Part shown: positions 9,699-23,000 of the stretch, in pieces
How positions within the stretch are numbered: the stretch's first letter is position 1
How the letters are laid out: each line of letters opens with the position of its first letter
Assembly (NCBI GenBank): GCA_003023405.1
Contig: PXST01000010.1
Coordinates: 6,931-70,930, forward strand
Direction of reading: 5' to 3'
Length of the DNA: 64,000 nucleotides
Origin: Halobacteriales archaeon SW_8_68_21
GTDB lineage: Archaea; Halobacteriota; Halobacteria; Halobacteriales; Haloferacaceae
Notes under the pieces: model-generated
Seen by the model: only the letters and a program-made list of their open reading frames with translations
Database searches by the model: none
Told to the model about the DNA's origin: nothing
Translations under genes and position numbers: made by a program

Positions 9699-10694
9699 AT
9701 GGACCGAAACTACCACGTCTTTTCCGACGGCCGACTCGAACGAAGCGACGATACGCTCAGACTCGTCCCTGACGACGAAGACGAGAAAAAGTACATCCCA
9801 ATCGAGAACGCTGAGGCGTTCTTCCTCCACGGCCAGATCGATTTCAACACGCGGCTGATGTCGTTTCTCAACGATCGAACAGTCGCGCTCCACGTCTTCG
9901 GGTGGAAGGATTACTACTCGGGCTCGGTAATGCCGAAACGCGGGCAGACCTCGGGAAAGACCGTCGTCAACCAAGTGCGGGCTTACGAGGATAGCGAGCA
10001 TCGACGACAGCTCGCCGCCGCGATTGTGAGAGGGAGCATCCACAACATGCGGACGAACGTCGTCTACTACAACGGTCGGGATTACGATCTCGACGACATC
10101 GTTGAGGATCTGGAAGCAGCGGCCGCACGTGTCGACGACTCACTCTCAATCGATGAGTTGCTGGGTGTCGAGGCGACGGCGAGGAAAGCATACTACCGGA
10201 GCTTCAACGAGATCCTTCCAAGCGAGTTCCAACTCAGCCGGCGGGAGTACAACCCACCGCCCAACGAGATCAACAGCCTGATCTCGTTCGGTAATTCGCT
10301 GGTCTATGCCAACTGCGTCTCGGCGATCCGCGCGACCGCACTCGATCCGACGATCAGCTACCTCCACGAGCCGGGGGAGCGGCGGTACTCGTTGTCGCTT
10401 GATATCGCCGATCTGTTCAAGCCAGTACTCGCTGATCGAGTCTTGTTCCGACTGGTGAACCGGAACCAGATCTCAGATACCGATTTCGAGACGGAACTCG
10501 GCTCTTGTCTGCTGAACGAGTCCGGACGAAAAACGTACACGAAGGCATTCGAGGAAACACTGGAACGAACTGTCGAACATCCATCGCTGGACCGGAAGGT
10601 TAGCTATCAATACCTGATGCGGCTCGAAGCCTACAAACTGAAGAAACACCTGCTCACCGGCGAGGAGTACGATCCGTTCCAACGGTGGTGGTAA
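9699..10694 (+). CDS. cas1: Cas1 integrase (type I-B)
   Basis: LLGVEATARKAYY, NSLISFGNSLVY and SYLHEP...SLSLDIADLFKP; ATG at 9699. Confidence 0.96.
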   Translation: MDRNYHVFSDGRLERSDDTLRLVPDDEDEKKYIPIENAEAFFLHGQIDFNTRLMSFLNDRTVALHVFGWKDYYSGSVMPKRGQTSGKTVVNQVRAYEDSEHRRQLAAAIVRGSIHNMRTNVVYYNGRDYDLDDIVEDLEAAAARVDDSLSIDELLGVEATARKAYYRSFNEILPSEFQLSRREYNPPPNEINSLISFGNSLVYANCVSAIRATALDPTISYLHEPGERRYSLSLDIADLFKPVLADRVLFRLVNRNQISDTDFETELGSCLLNESGRKTYTKAFEETLERTVEHPSLDRKVSYQYLMRLEAYKLKKHLLTGEEYDPFQRWW

Positions 10695-10695
10695 T

Positions 10696-10956
10696 ATGTA
10701 CGTCGTGATGGTCTACGATTTGGAGGCCGACCGCACGCAGAAGGCTCTCAAACTGGGCCGACGGTACTTGACCCACGTCCAGAACTCAGTACTCGAAGGT
10801 GAAATTTCAGAAGGCGATCTGGCGACGCTGAAAAACGAGGTTGATGATCTGCTAAACCCCGGCGAGTCAACGATCATCTACGAGTTATCCTCTGATACAC
10901 TTCTGAATCGGACGGTATATGGCGACGATCCGACCGAAGACCAGCGATTTCTATAG
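10696..10956 (+). CDS. cas2: Cas2
   Basis: MYVVMVYD...YLTHVQNSVLEG; 86 aa, directly after cas1. Confidence 0.96.
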   Translation: MYVVMVYDLEADRTQKALKLGRRYLTHVQNSVLEGEISEGDLATLKNEVDDLLNPGESTIIYELSSDTLLNRTVYGDDPTEDQRFL

Positions 10957-11059
10957 CGAGTTCCGTCGACCCCACGGGGAACGTGGCCTATCGGGGGTTG
11001 ACGGAAGCTCTTTACTATATCCATACGTTAGGAGGCGTATGCCCCGGAAATGTGGCATG
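10957..11059 (+). promoter_or_regulatory. CRISPR leader
   Basis: Lies between the cas2 stop and the first repeat. Inverted repeat ttccgtcgacccc...ggggttgacggaa, TATA-like tttactata, and ends in ggcatg, as typical of haloarchaeal I-B leaders. Confidence 0.85.
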
Positions 11060-14000
11060 GTTTCAGACGAACCCTCGTGGGGTTGAAGCAGGGCCGCACG
11101 AACACGCCGAACACGCGGCCCGCGGGTTTCAGACGAACCCTCGTGGGGTTGAAGCCCCAATCTGGCAAAAGTGTTCGTAGCCCTCGGAGCTGGTTTCAGA
11201 CGAACCCTCGTGGGGTTGAAGCCCCGAGCCGCGAGCGACTCGACGTCGTCGCTGAAGCGTTTCAGACGAACCCTCGTGGGGTTGAAGCGTCGAGTTCGGG
11301 AGCATGGAAGCCGCGGACCGGGTCGTTTCAGACGAACCCTCGTGGGGTTGAAGCGGGGCGTTTTCCGACCGGATGCGGGACCGTCTCGCCGGTTTCAGAC
11401 GAACCCTCGTGGGGTTGAAGCTCACGCGTCGTGACGAAGCTCGGGCCAGAGATCCAAGTTTCAGACGAACCCTCGTGGGGTTGAAGCGATAACGGGGTGT
11501 CACCCCGGATTGATCCGGAATCGGTTTCAGACGAACCCTCGTGGGGTTGAAGCATCCCCGGCGGCGGCCGGTAGGGCAGCTTCGACGGTTTCAGACGAAC
11601 CCTCGTGGGGTTGAAGCCTCGAACTCCCTGTCGTCGAGCGCGTCCTCGTGAACGTTTCAGACGAACCCTCGTGGGGTTGAAGCACGGAAGGCGGGAGGAC
11701 TGCGAACAGCACTACGGCGGTTTCAGACGAACCCTCGTGGGGTTGAAGCCCTCACGGTCCTGACGACGCCCATGAAGAACGCCAGTTTCAGACGAACCCT
11801 CGTGGGGTTGAAGCGGGTTGTAGCTGGAGGACGTAGACGTCGGGACCCAGTTTCAGACGAACCCTCGTGGGGTTGAAGCTCACGGACCGACCGAGAGAGC
11901 CGGACGGTGCCGCTTGTTTCAGACGAACCCTCGTGGGGTTGAAGCTTCCAGTGCGTGAAGAGGTCCTCGTCAAACTCTAGGTTTCAGACGAACCCTCGTG
12001 GGGTTGAAGCCCTTAGCCGACTCTTCATCTCGCGTATGGCCTCGAGTTTCAGACGAACCCTCGTGGGGTTGAAGCGCGAAGAATGTCACGACGAAGCAGC
12101 ACAACGTGACGTTTCAGACGAACCCTCGTGGGGTTGAAGCAGCACGTCGACGTGCTCGCCGGGACCGTCGAGTTCGTTTCAGACGAACCCTCGTGGGGTT
12201 GAAGCACTTACACCTCGCGCTACTCGAAGACCCAGCAGGAGTTTCAGACGAACCCTCGTGGGGTTGAAGCGCGCCGCCCTCCGCGCCGTCAGAAGACGAC
12301 TCGGGCGTTTCAGACGAACCCTCGTGGGGTTGAAGCCACGACGGGGTCGCGCGTTTTGCTCACTTCGGTCGTTTCAGACGAACCCTCGTGGGGTTGAAGC
12401 GATATGATGCGGTCCGTAGTACCGGTAGTAGTTGAACGTTTCAGACGAACCCTCGTGGGGTTGAAGCGTCGCCCGAGTCGTGCGTTCCGAAGACCGCGCC
12501 GGGTTTCAGACGAACCCTCGTGGGGTTGAAGCGGCGGGATCGAGCCGACACGCGAGACGGCGACGCCGAGTTTCAGACGAACCCTCGTGGGGTTGAAGCA
12601 CCGTCGGCAAGAGAAAACCGCTCAGCGAGCCGTCTCGTTTCAGACGAACCCTCGTGGGGTTGAAGCCTCCGACTCGGGGACAACCTCGACTCGGGGAATC
12701 AGGTTTCAGACGAACCCTCGTGGGGTTGAAGCGAAGCTGTCTATCACCTAGACGAATCCGCGTCGGGTTTCAGACGAACCCTCGTGGGGTTGAAGCAAAA
12801 TATGAACTTCAACCCCGTTAGTGGCGGAGGTACGTTTCAGACGAACCCTCGTGGGGTTGAAGCCTCGGCGAGCGCGTCGAGTTGCTCTCGAAGGTCGTTT
12901 CAGACGAACCCTCGTGGGGTTGAAGCGAACTGCGCTGCGATCTTCTCAAGCGCGCCGTCAGGGAGTTTCAGACGAACCCTCGTGGGGTTGAAGCTTCTAG
13001 AGGCGACGCTCGGCGAGAAGCTCAAAGTGAGTTTCAGACGAACCCTCGTGGGGTTGAAGCACGACACAGGCGAAGAGTACATTTTCGACAACCTTGTTTC
13101 AGACGAACCCTCGTGGGGTTGAAGCGTCGCTTTTGAGATACTCGTGGAGTGCCGTCCCGCGGTTTCAGACGAACCCTCGTGGGGTTGAAGCCACTCGTCG
13201 CGAGCAGCGGAGACGCCGTGCTTGAGTTTCAGACGAACCCTCGTGGGGTTGAAGCTCCCGCGAGGGAGCGAACCCGAGTTACCGAACAGGAGTTTCAGAC
13301 GAACCCTCGTGGGGTTGAAGCCCTCTGCGGCCTCGGCCATCGCGCCGTCAACTGCCGTTTCAGACGAACCCTCGTGGGGTTGAAGCCAGCTCTCCGACCT
13401 CGACGACGCCATCGAATCTGGCGTTTCAGACGAACCCTCGTGGGGTTGAAGCGGACACAGGAAAAAGTCCTCGCCGGGGACTCCGGGGCGTTTCAGACGA
13501 ACCCTCGTGGGGTTGAAGCGAACTCGTTGCCGGCCGCGTCGGTGACGGTCACCACGGTTTCAGACGAACCCTCGTGGGGTTGAAGCGGCGAGCAGCGGCT
13601 CGGCGGTGGCACTCGCCCCGTTTCAGACGAACCCTCGTGGGGTTGAAGCCGGCGAGGCGGACGGGATCTCAACTCTCTCCGTCTAGTTTCAGACGAACCC
13701 TCGTGGGGTTGAAGCGGGTAAATGTCGAAGAGGGCGAAGGCATCCCGGAGGTTTCAGACGAACCCTCGTGGGGTTGAAGCAGCCGGATGGACGTATCGTC
13801 CGTGTCGTGGTTCTCGCGTTTCAGACGAACCCTCGTGGGGTTGAAGCAACAGCGCGACGATGGCTGATCCGGACTCGCGGACGGTTTCAGACGAACCCTC
13901 GTGGGGTTGAAGCCGGCCACGCGAAGAACATGAGCAAGCGGCTTGACCGCGTTTCAGACGAACCCTCGTGGGGTTGAAGCGGCCGATGGACCTCAACCAG

Positions 14001-17000
14001 CGCCGCCGGAGGCTGTTTCAGACGAACCCTCGTGGGGTTGAAGCGGTGAGTGGGTCCGAGGATACGACGGTATACGTCTAGTTTCAGACGAACCCTCGTG
14101 GGGTTGAAGCGGCTTCGAGGAAGTATCGAAGACGACTACTGCCCGTTTCAGACGAACCCTCGTGGGGTTGAAGCCGCGAGGTGGCAGAGCGGCACCCAAA
14201 ACTCGATCCTGTTTCAGACGAACCCTCGTGGGGTTGAAGCTCCACACAGACCAGCGTCATGTGATGGATGTCCACCGTTTCAGACGAACCCTCGTGGGGT
14301 TGAAGCGACGCCAAGCAGGACGGAGACAGCGAGACAGAACCGGTTTCAGACGAACCCTCGTGGGGTTGAAGCGACGTGACCCATATCCCGACCGTCGTCC
14401 GCGAGGCGGTTTCAGACGAACCCTCGTGGGGTTGAAGCGCGGACCAGCTCATCCGGCATGCTGACTGATGGGTGTTTCAGACGAACCCTCGTGGGGTTGA
14501 AGCGCGCTCGGGTTCGTCGCGGCGCTGTGGCCGGTCGTCCGTTTCAGACGAACCCTCGTGGGGTTGAAGCCGTATAAATAATAACTCACCAGTCTTGTCG
14601 GGCGAGTTTCAGACGAACCCTCGTGGGGTTGAAGCACCAGATGTCATCAAGCGTGCTGGAGCTGTCACCGGTTTCAGACGAACCCTCGTGGGGTTGAAGC
14701 CTGCGCGGCGAACGGGACGTCAAGGACCCCGAAGGGTTTCAGACGAACCCTCGTGGGGTTGAAGCATCTCTCACGCCGCGCTGATGGAGGCGCTTCAGCG
14801 TGTTTCAGACGAACCCTCGTGGGGTTGAAGCATCGAATCAGGCGAAGCTATCGCTGAGTCTGTCGTCGTTTCAGACGAACCCTCGTGGGGTTGAAGCGAG
14901 GGGACGGGCGAGGGCGACCGGATCCGCCCGGGCGTTTCAGACGAACCCTCGTGGGGTTGAAGCAATCGGGAGCGAGGAGGAAAAGCTCGCACTCGCCCCG
15001 GTTTCAGACGAACCCTCGTGGGGTTGAAGCACGACCTCTTCCCGCTCGTCGTGGGTGCCGTCCGGCGGTTTCAGACGAACCCTCGTGGGGTTGAAGCTGG
15101 TAGGCGACGAAGTCGCGGTCGTAGTTGTACTTCGTTTCAGACGAACCCTCGTGGGGTTGAAGCACCAGATGTCATCAAGCGTGCTGGAGCTGTCACCGGG
15201 TTTCAGACGAACCCTCGTGGGGTTGAAGCGGGTGGTGAGCCGTGAGCGAGTACACTTGCCCCGGTTTCAGACGAACCCTCGTGGGGTTGAAGCCGCGTGC
15301 GTGCGACCCCCGTCCGCTACGGCCCGACGGTTTCAGACGAACCCTCGTGGGGTTGAAGCTCAACCAGCTCCCGGCGCGTACGACCGAAATCGCCGAGTTT
15401 CAGACGAACCCTCGTGGGGTTGAAGCGAGACTGGTCGGCGCGAGATGTTTGGGCGTACCTCGGTTTCAGACGAACCCTCGTGGGGTTGAAGCTTCAAGAA
15501 CGAGACCGGGTCGAACATCACACGGTGTTTCAGACGAACCCTCGTGGGGTTGAAGCGGATCCGGAGCCGGTATCGCTCATTTGCGCGGAGCGTTTCAGAC
15601 GAACCCTCGTGGGGTTGAAGCGAGTACATCGGAGAGCGCCGACCGGTACGAACACAGGTTTCAGACGAACCCTCGTGGGGTTGAAGCATGCCCTCCAGTG
15701 CCTGTCCGAGGCCGTCGGCGCGTTTCAGACGAACCCTCGTGGGGTTGAAGCAGGCTGACTACCGTCGAAGACGATGTCACCCTCGCCGTTTCAGACGAAC
15801 CCTCGTGGGGTTGAAGCGTGATCTCGACGACCACGCGAGTTGGCGCGAGGTCGTTTCAGACGAACCCTCGTGGGGTTGAAGCGGGTGCTACCGCCGTTGT
15901 CCGGATTGGGGCCGGAGCGTTTCAGACGAACCCTCGTGGGGTTGAAGCGATGACTGTGTCGAGAAGCCGGGCACGGTCTTGGGCAGTTTCAGACGAACCC
16001 TCGTGGGGTTGAAGCAAGAAACCACCCTGTCGTCAGGTCGGTCCGGACGTAGTTTCAGACGAACCCTCGTGGGGTTGAAGCTGGTGGCGTGTCGGTGTCC
16101 CTACTTCCGCCGCCAGTTTCAGACGAACCCTCGTGGGGTTGAAGCTTTAGCCAGATCGGCACCGTGTTCGTGGTCATCATCGTTTCAGACGAACCCTCGT
16201 GGGGTTGAAGCGTGTGCTCCTCGCCTGCTCCATAGTGGTCGTAGAGCGTTTCAGACGAACCCTCGTGGGGTTGAAGCACCGGCGGGGGGGTGTGTTAAAC
16301 ACGGAGTCGAAGTTTCAGACGAACCCTCGTGGGGTTGAAGCAGGTGAAGATCGAATGGCGATCCAATCTGTATTTGAGGTTTCAGACGAACCCTCGTGGG
16401 GTTGAAGCGGCACGGTGGTTCGGTACTGTCCATTCGAGCCTTGAGTTTCAGACGAACCCTCGTGGGGTTGAAGCGAGGACGCGATGACTGACGATGAGAG
16501 TGACGGTGGTTTCAGACGAACCCTCGTGGGGTTGAAGCCGCACCCCGGACAGTCGACGGCGAAGGTCATACAAGGTTTCAGACGAACCCTCGTGGGGTTG
16601 AAGCAATCACCTGCGCGAAGTTCGCGGCCATCGTCGCCGTGTTTCAGACGAACCCTCGTGGGGTTGAAGCTTCGACAACAGCGTTATCAACCCGAGCAGT
16701 GGGACCGTTTCAGACGAACCCTCGTGGGGTTGAAGCGGGTCGGGAAACCAGTCAGGGCTATCGGGGTCGTCCGGTTTCAGACGAACCCTCGTGGGGTTGA
16801 AGCTCGTTGAATCGGGGCTGCTCGACACCCGCGCTCCAGTTTCAGACGAACCCTCGTGGGGTTGAAGCTACCGACAGTGCGGACAGTAGCGGTGGCGATG
16901 GGGCGGTTTCAGACGAACCCTCGTGGGGTTGAAGCGACCCGAAGATCAGGAAGTCGCGGAACGCGAGCGGGGTTTCAGACGAACCCTCGTGGGGTTGAAG

Positions 17001-20000
17001 CAGCGGGAGGACGCGCGACCGGTCGACCGTCTCTGCCTGTTTCAGACGAACCCTCGTGGGGTTGAAGCGCCTCAGACAGCCCGATCGACAGGCCAAGCGA
17101 CGTGTTTCAGACGAACCCTCGTGGGGTTGAAGCACCCGAACGGTTGGGTAGCTTGGAATGATGTTTGCGTTTCAGACGAACCCTCGTGGGGTTGAAGCTG
17201 TAAATCGGCTCATCGGCTCGCCTCCACAGTCGCCCCGCGCGTTTCAGACGAACCCTCGTGGGGTTGAAGCACGGCGACCGCGACCGTCGCATCCGAAAAC
17301 GACAGCGTTTCAGACGAACCCTCGTGGGGTTGAAGCCTCCTCAATGTCGGGGACGATCTCGTCGTCGAGGGGTTTCAGACGAACCCTCGTGGGGTTGAAG
17401 CATCTGCCGACGCCGGCAGCGGAGGCGCTCGTGGTGGGTTTCAGACGAACCCTCGTGGGGTTGAAGCACACCGAACGGCACCGTCGACGAGCGTCCACGC
17501 GGGTTTCAGACGAACCCTCGTGGGGTTGAAGCTCATGCTGTGATTGATGTACAGAGTAGTCAGTACCCGTTTCAGACGAACCCTCGTGGGGTTGAAGCCG
17601 TTCTCGGTAAACACGGCGCGACGGCGCGTCAAGCTGTTTCAGACGAACCCTCGTGGGGTTGAAGCCGGTTCGGCGGGACGATCTGGCAGATCATCACTGA
17701 GTTTCAGACGAACCCTCGTGGGGTTGAAGCGGCTCCAAGTGAGCCGTGACTGCGCGTGGGAGAAACAGTTTCAGACGAACCCTCGTGGGGTTGAAGCCAG
17801 GCGCACGCTGAACAGGAGCTGGACAGCCGGCTTGTTTCAGACGAACCCTCGTGGGGTTGAAGCAGACAGTCGTTCTCAGGGTCAAAGTAGTGGTCGCCGT
17901 TTCAGACGAACCCTCGTGGGGTTGAAGCCACCGGAACCTGTGGGGTGAACCCGGCGGGGAGGCGTGTTTCAGACGAACCCTCGTGGGGTTGAAGCTTGGA
18001 GCCGGGTGCGCGGGCGTCCGGACGCGGTAGGTTTCAGACGAACCCTCGTGGGGTTGAAGCGGCCACGAGTGGATCGCGACGTTCGTCGAGACGACGTTTC
18101 AGACGAACCCTCGTGGGGTTGAAGCATCTCGCATCGGGTCGTGGTCATCGCAGCACGGAAGTTTCAGACGAACCCTCGTGGGGTTGAAGCGAGGAGATCG
18201 GCGGGGCGGCGATGGGGGTTGCGGAGGTTTCAGACGAACCCTCGTGGGGTTGAAGCGAACACAGCGTCCGCTTCGAGTCCTATTCGACGGAGTTTCAGAC
18301 GAACCCTCGTGGGGTTGAAGCCCCATGCGAAGCCTGCCGTCGCCATCGCCGACGCGGTTTCAGACGAACCCTCGTGGGGTTGAAGCGTCGACGGCCGCAT
18401 TGACCTGACAACCGACAGCTTCGTTTCAGACGAACCCTCGTGGGGTTGAAGCTTGGACATTGACAGGGAGATACTCAAAGAGGTGGTGTTTCAGACGAAC
18501 CCTCGTGGGGTTGAAGCCTCACGATCGGTGAGCTTCCGGCGGCGCTCGCGAGTTTCAGACGAACCCTCGTGGGGTTGAAGCGTAATATACTACGAAAAGG
18601 AAGGGGTGTTAGTCCTGTTTCAGACGAACCCTCGTGGGGTTGAAGCTCGTAGTTGTCAGATGTACAGGTGAGCGATTTACCGTTTCAGACGAACCCTCGT
18701 GGGGTTGAAGCCCGATCGCCATGTTGATGGCTGCGACGGTGTCGAACGCGTTTCAGACGAACCCTCGTGGGGTTGAAGCCTTCCTGAACCGAATTGACGA
18801 CTGACAGGTGCGTGCCGTTTCAGACGAACCCTCGTGGGGTTGAAGCGCGACGTATCGGGCGATGACGGGCGACCCGCGGGAAGTTTCAGACGAACCCTCG
18901 TGGGGTTGAAGCCTCGTCGCAAAACGGGCACATCCCGCCGCCCTGGTTTCAGACGAACCCTCGTGGGGTTGAAGCTTTCAGGGCCTCGTGTTGAGACTTC
19001 CAGAGTCTAAGTTTCAGACGAACCCTCGTGGGGTTGAAGCACGCCGATCGGCATGGACCTCCATCTGGTGAGGGACCGTTTCAGACGAACCCTCGTGGGG
19101 TTGAAGCTCGGCTTTTGTGACATCGAATCCTGCCCGGTCAAACTGTTTCAGACGAACCCTCGTGGGGTTGAAGCGTCGACGGCTCGAAGCGGCCGATCGT
19201 GGTTCCCCGTGTTTCAGACGAACCCTCGTGGGGTTGAAGCGAACCGCCCGTCGCTCGCGAACACCGACGCCACGTAGTTTCAGACGAACCCTCGTGGGGT
19301 TGAAGCCTTGTTGACATGCTGTCGTTAGTGGACAGCGCGGTGTTTCAGACGAACCCTCGTGGGGTTGAAGCCGTCTACAGCGAAGATCGCCACGATACAA
19401 TCGTCTCGTTTCAGACGAACCCTCGTGGGGTTGAAGCTCAACGAGCGGGTCGAGATCCTCCGTCGGGAGGTCGTTTCAGACGAACCCTCGTGGGGTTGAA
19501 GCCATTCATGACAGCATTCATCGACACACTGAGTCGGTTTCAGACGAACCCTCGTGGGGTTGAAGCCAGGTATCGCCGATGACGGTGGGGTTATCGCCGG
19601 CGGTTTCAGACGAACCCTCGTGGGGTTGAAGCAATCTGGCCTATCTCGGCCACCATCACGTCTCTGGGAGTTTCAGACGAACCCTCGTGGGGTTGAAGCT
19701 CTGGTGGAGAAGAAGTCACCTTTGAGATAACAAAGTTTCAGACGAACCCTCGTGGGGTTGAAGCCGCTCGGGTTGGAGGAGCCACGGCCGCGCGAGCCGC
19801 GTTTCAGACGAACCCTCGTGGGGTTGAAGCATCGCATCCTCTGGGTTTGTAGGAATCATAGGTCTAGTTTCAGACGAACCCTCGTGGGGTTGAAGCAGAC
19901 GATTTCCACGCTCCTGCTACTCTACTGGGCTGGTTTCAGACGAACCCTCGTGGGGTTGAAGCCACAAGCGCGCGGATGCTGTAGCCCTCCGGGATGCCTG

Positions 20001-23000
20001 TTTCAGACGAACCCTCGTGGGGTTGAAGCACTCTCGATTAGATGCGTAAGCGCCGCCTCGATCAGTTTCAGACGAACCCTCGTGGGGTTGAAGCGAGCTG
20101 CCGCTCGCGCTCGCCGGTGATCTTGAGACTGGTTTCAGACGAACCCTCGTGGGGTTGAAGCGTACTGGAGTGCTACCCTCGTGGGGTTGAAGCCGCACCC
20201 CGGACAGTCGACAGCAAAGACCATACAAGCGTTTCAGACGAACCCTCGTGGGGTTGAAGCCCTTGTCGATCCACTCGGTCTCACGTTTCGCGTACGGTTT
20301 CAGACGAACCCTCGTGGGGTTGAAGCCCAGACCCAGAGGACAGCACCGAGTTTGACTTCGTTTCAGACGAACCCTCGTGGGGTTGAAGCGCGCGCTCGTA
20401 ACTGGCGACGAAGAGCCGTTCATCCGGTACGCACTCGCGTTTCAGACGAACCCTCGTGGGGTTGAAGCCCCACGCGAACCCCGCCGTCGCCATCGCCGAC
20501 GCGGGTTTCAGACGAACCCTCGTGGGGTTGAAGCAAGTCGACGAAGAACAGACGACTCGGGACGGCTGGAGTTTCAGACGAACCCTCGTGGGGTTGAAGC
20601 TCGACGACGTCGTGGTTCGCGAGCGCGGTTGCCGCCGAGTTTCAGACGAACCCTCGTGGGGTTGAAGCAAGGACCTCGACGGGCGGGATGCCGCCCCACT
20701 CCTGGTTTCAGACGAACCCTCGTGGGGTTGAAGCGTAACTAATGGCCATCACTGTCGCCGACGTGAAAGCGTTTCAGACGAACCCTCGTGGGGTTGAAGC
20801 GCATCCGGAACCATCGGCTGGAAGTGGAAACAGAAGTTTCAGACGAACCCTCGTGGGGTTGAAGCTTGCTCATCCCCGTCGTCCTCCGGACGGTGGTTCT
20901 CGTTTCAGACGAACCCTCGTGGGGTTGAAGCCCGTCCTCGCGTCTCGGGCGCGCCCAGTACGAGAACGTTTCAGACGAACCCTCGTGGGGTTGAAGCGCG
21001 ACGCTCCTCGGGATGTGTACCTACGTCGCCGCTGTTTCAGACGAACCCTCGTGGGGTTGAAGCGTGCCTCCCCGCTCCGAACGCCTCGTGCGTCGGCGGG
21101 TTTCAGACGAACCCTCGTGGGGTTGAAGCGCTGAAAGCGCTGCGATAATCAGCATCGCGAACACGCGTTTCAGACGAACCCTCGTGGGGTTGAAGCACTT
21201 GTCTCAACGACAGCCTCCTGCTCGTTATCGCGTTTCAGACGAACCCTCGTGGGGTTGAAGCCGAATCGTCGACGTGTGGGCCGCCATCATGCCACGGGTT
21301 TCAGACGAACCCTCGTGGGGTTGAAGCGAGCAGGCGACGATCTCGGGCGCGCCCTCGTTCCCGTTTCAGACGAACCCTCGTGGGGTTGAAGCGTCCGGCC
21401 GCCGCTCAACCGGATGTATTTCTCCGCGTTTCAGACGAACCCTCGTGGGGTTGAAGCACGCAAGATTGCGACGTGGTCCGCCGGGACGATCCGTTTCAGA
21501 CGAACCCTCGTGGGGTTGAAGCGCGCCGCTGAAGCGGACCAACCTGATCGGTGTCCAGCGTTTCAGACGAACCCTCGTGGGGTTGAAGCCCGTTGTCTTC
21601 AACGAATACCGAAACGGTGTAGACCGTTTCAGACGAACCCTCGTGGGGTTGAAGCCCGATCGCCATGTTGATGGCTGCGACGGTGTCGAACGTTTCAGAC
21701 GAACCCTCGTGGGGTTGAAGCTCCTGATCGACGGGAGTTCCGTGAACGACATGGGTCGGTTTCAGACGAACCCTCGTGGGGTTGAAGCGCTCATCTTGTC
21801 GGCTTCGTCAATCCCCTCGTCCCACGTTTCAGACGAACCCTCGTGGGGTTGAAGCGTTCAGCGCCGAGTCGAAGCCCAACCGGGGTTTGCCGTTTCAGAC
21901 GAACCCTCGTGGGGTTGAAGCGGAAACTGGGGCAAGGCGACCCGACACGCCGAGGAGGGTTTCAGACGAACCCTCGTGGGGTTGAAGCTCTATACAGAGA
22001 CCCTAACTCACGCCGAAACTGCTTGTTTCAGACGAACCCTCGTGGGGTTGAAGCGACAGTCCGCCGTCGTCGTCCGAGTCGTCCGAATCCGTTTCAGACG
22101 AACCCTCGTGGGGTTGAAGCGCACCACTCGACGAACTGATCGACCCGGTACCGATGGTTTCAGACGAACCCTCGTGGGGTTGAAGCGATCGGGTCGTCGA
22201 GCAGCCCGTCGTAGTAGTTGAGTTTCAGACGAACCCTCGTGGGGTTGAAGCACTCTCGATTAGATGCGTAAGCGCCGCCTCGATCAGTTTCAGACGAACC
22301 CTCGTGGGGTTGAAGCCCCCCATCACGGGGGGAGTCCCCGACGGTCGCGAGAGTTTCAGACGAACCCTCGTGGGGTTGAAGCACCACATACACCCAGTAA
22401 ATCACAAATCTATATCTAGTTTCAGACGAACCCTCGTGGGGTTGAAGCCGACCCGGCCGCATTCTCAGCGCCTGTCTCACAGCCGTTTCAGACGAACCCT
22501 CGTGGGGTTGAAGCCCAGCACCGCGCCAGCGATACCGCCGATGTTGGCCGTTTCAGACGAACCCTCGTGGGGTTGAAGCCCGAACCAGATACGCGTGTCA
22601 TCATTGCCTATCGCCGTTTCAGACGAACCCTCGTGGGGTTGAAGCAGTACGCCGTATCCTATCCGTCGCATATCAGGGAGTTTCAGACGAACCCTCGTGG
22701 GGTTGAAGCGGAGGGAGGCGGATCCGGAGGCGGCGGGTCGGAGTCGTTTCAGACGAACCCTCGTGGGGTTGAAGCGTTGGATCATCGTCAGGGTTGCCCA
22801 ACTACCCCGCGTTTCAGACGAACCCTCGTGGGGTTGAAGCGGATCACTACGCGAGCGGATCGCGCACGTCGCCCGTTTCAGACGAACCCTCGTGGGGTTG
22901 AAGCGAGTCAAGAAACGCCTGACGTAGTTTCAGACGAACCCTCGTGGGGTTGAAGCGACGTCGAGCGTCGACCTGATCGACGACGAGGCTCGTTTCAGAC

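Noticed and set aside
12733-12833. Spacers with repeat-like content (agacgaatccgcgtcgg, 14/17 to the repeat; cttcaacccc, complementary to the repeat); a similar gapped case at 17929-17965
   Set aside because: Short matches are expected by chance among ~226 spacers, and the first reads as ordinary coding sequence (EAVYHLDESAS). This is not enough to claim targeting of viral mini-arrays.
13387-14867. 11/12-nt end-to-start overlap between spacers 13387-13422 and 14832-14867
   Set aside because: The overlap is too short and the implied PAM would be GCC rather than TTC.
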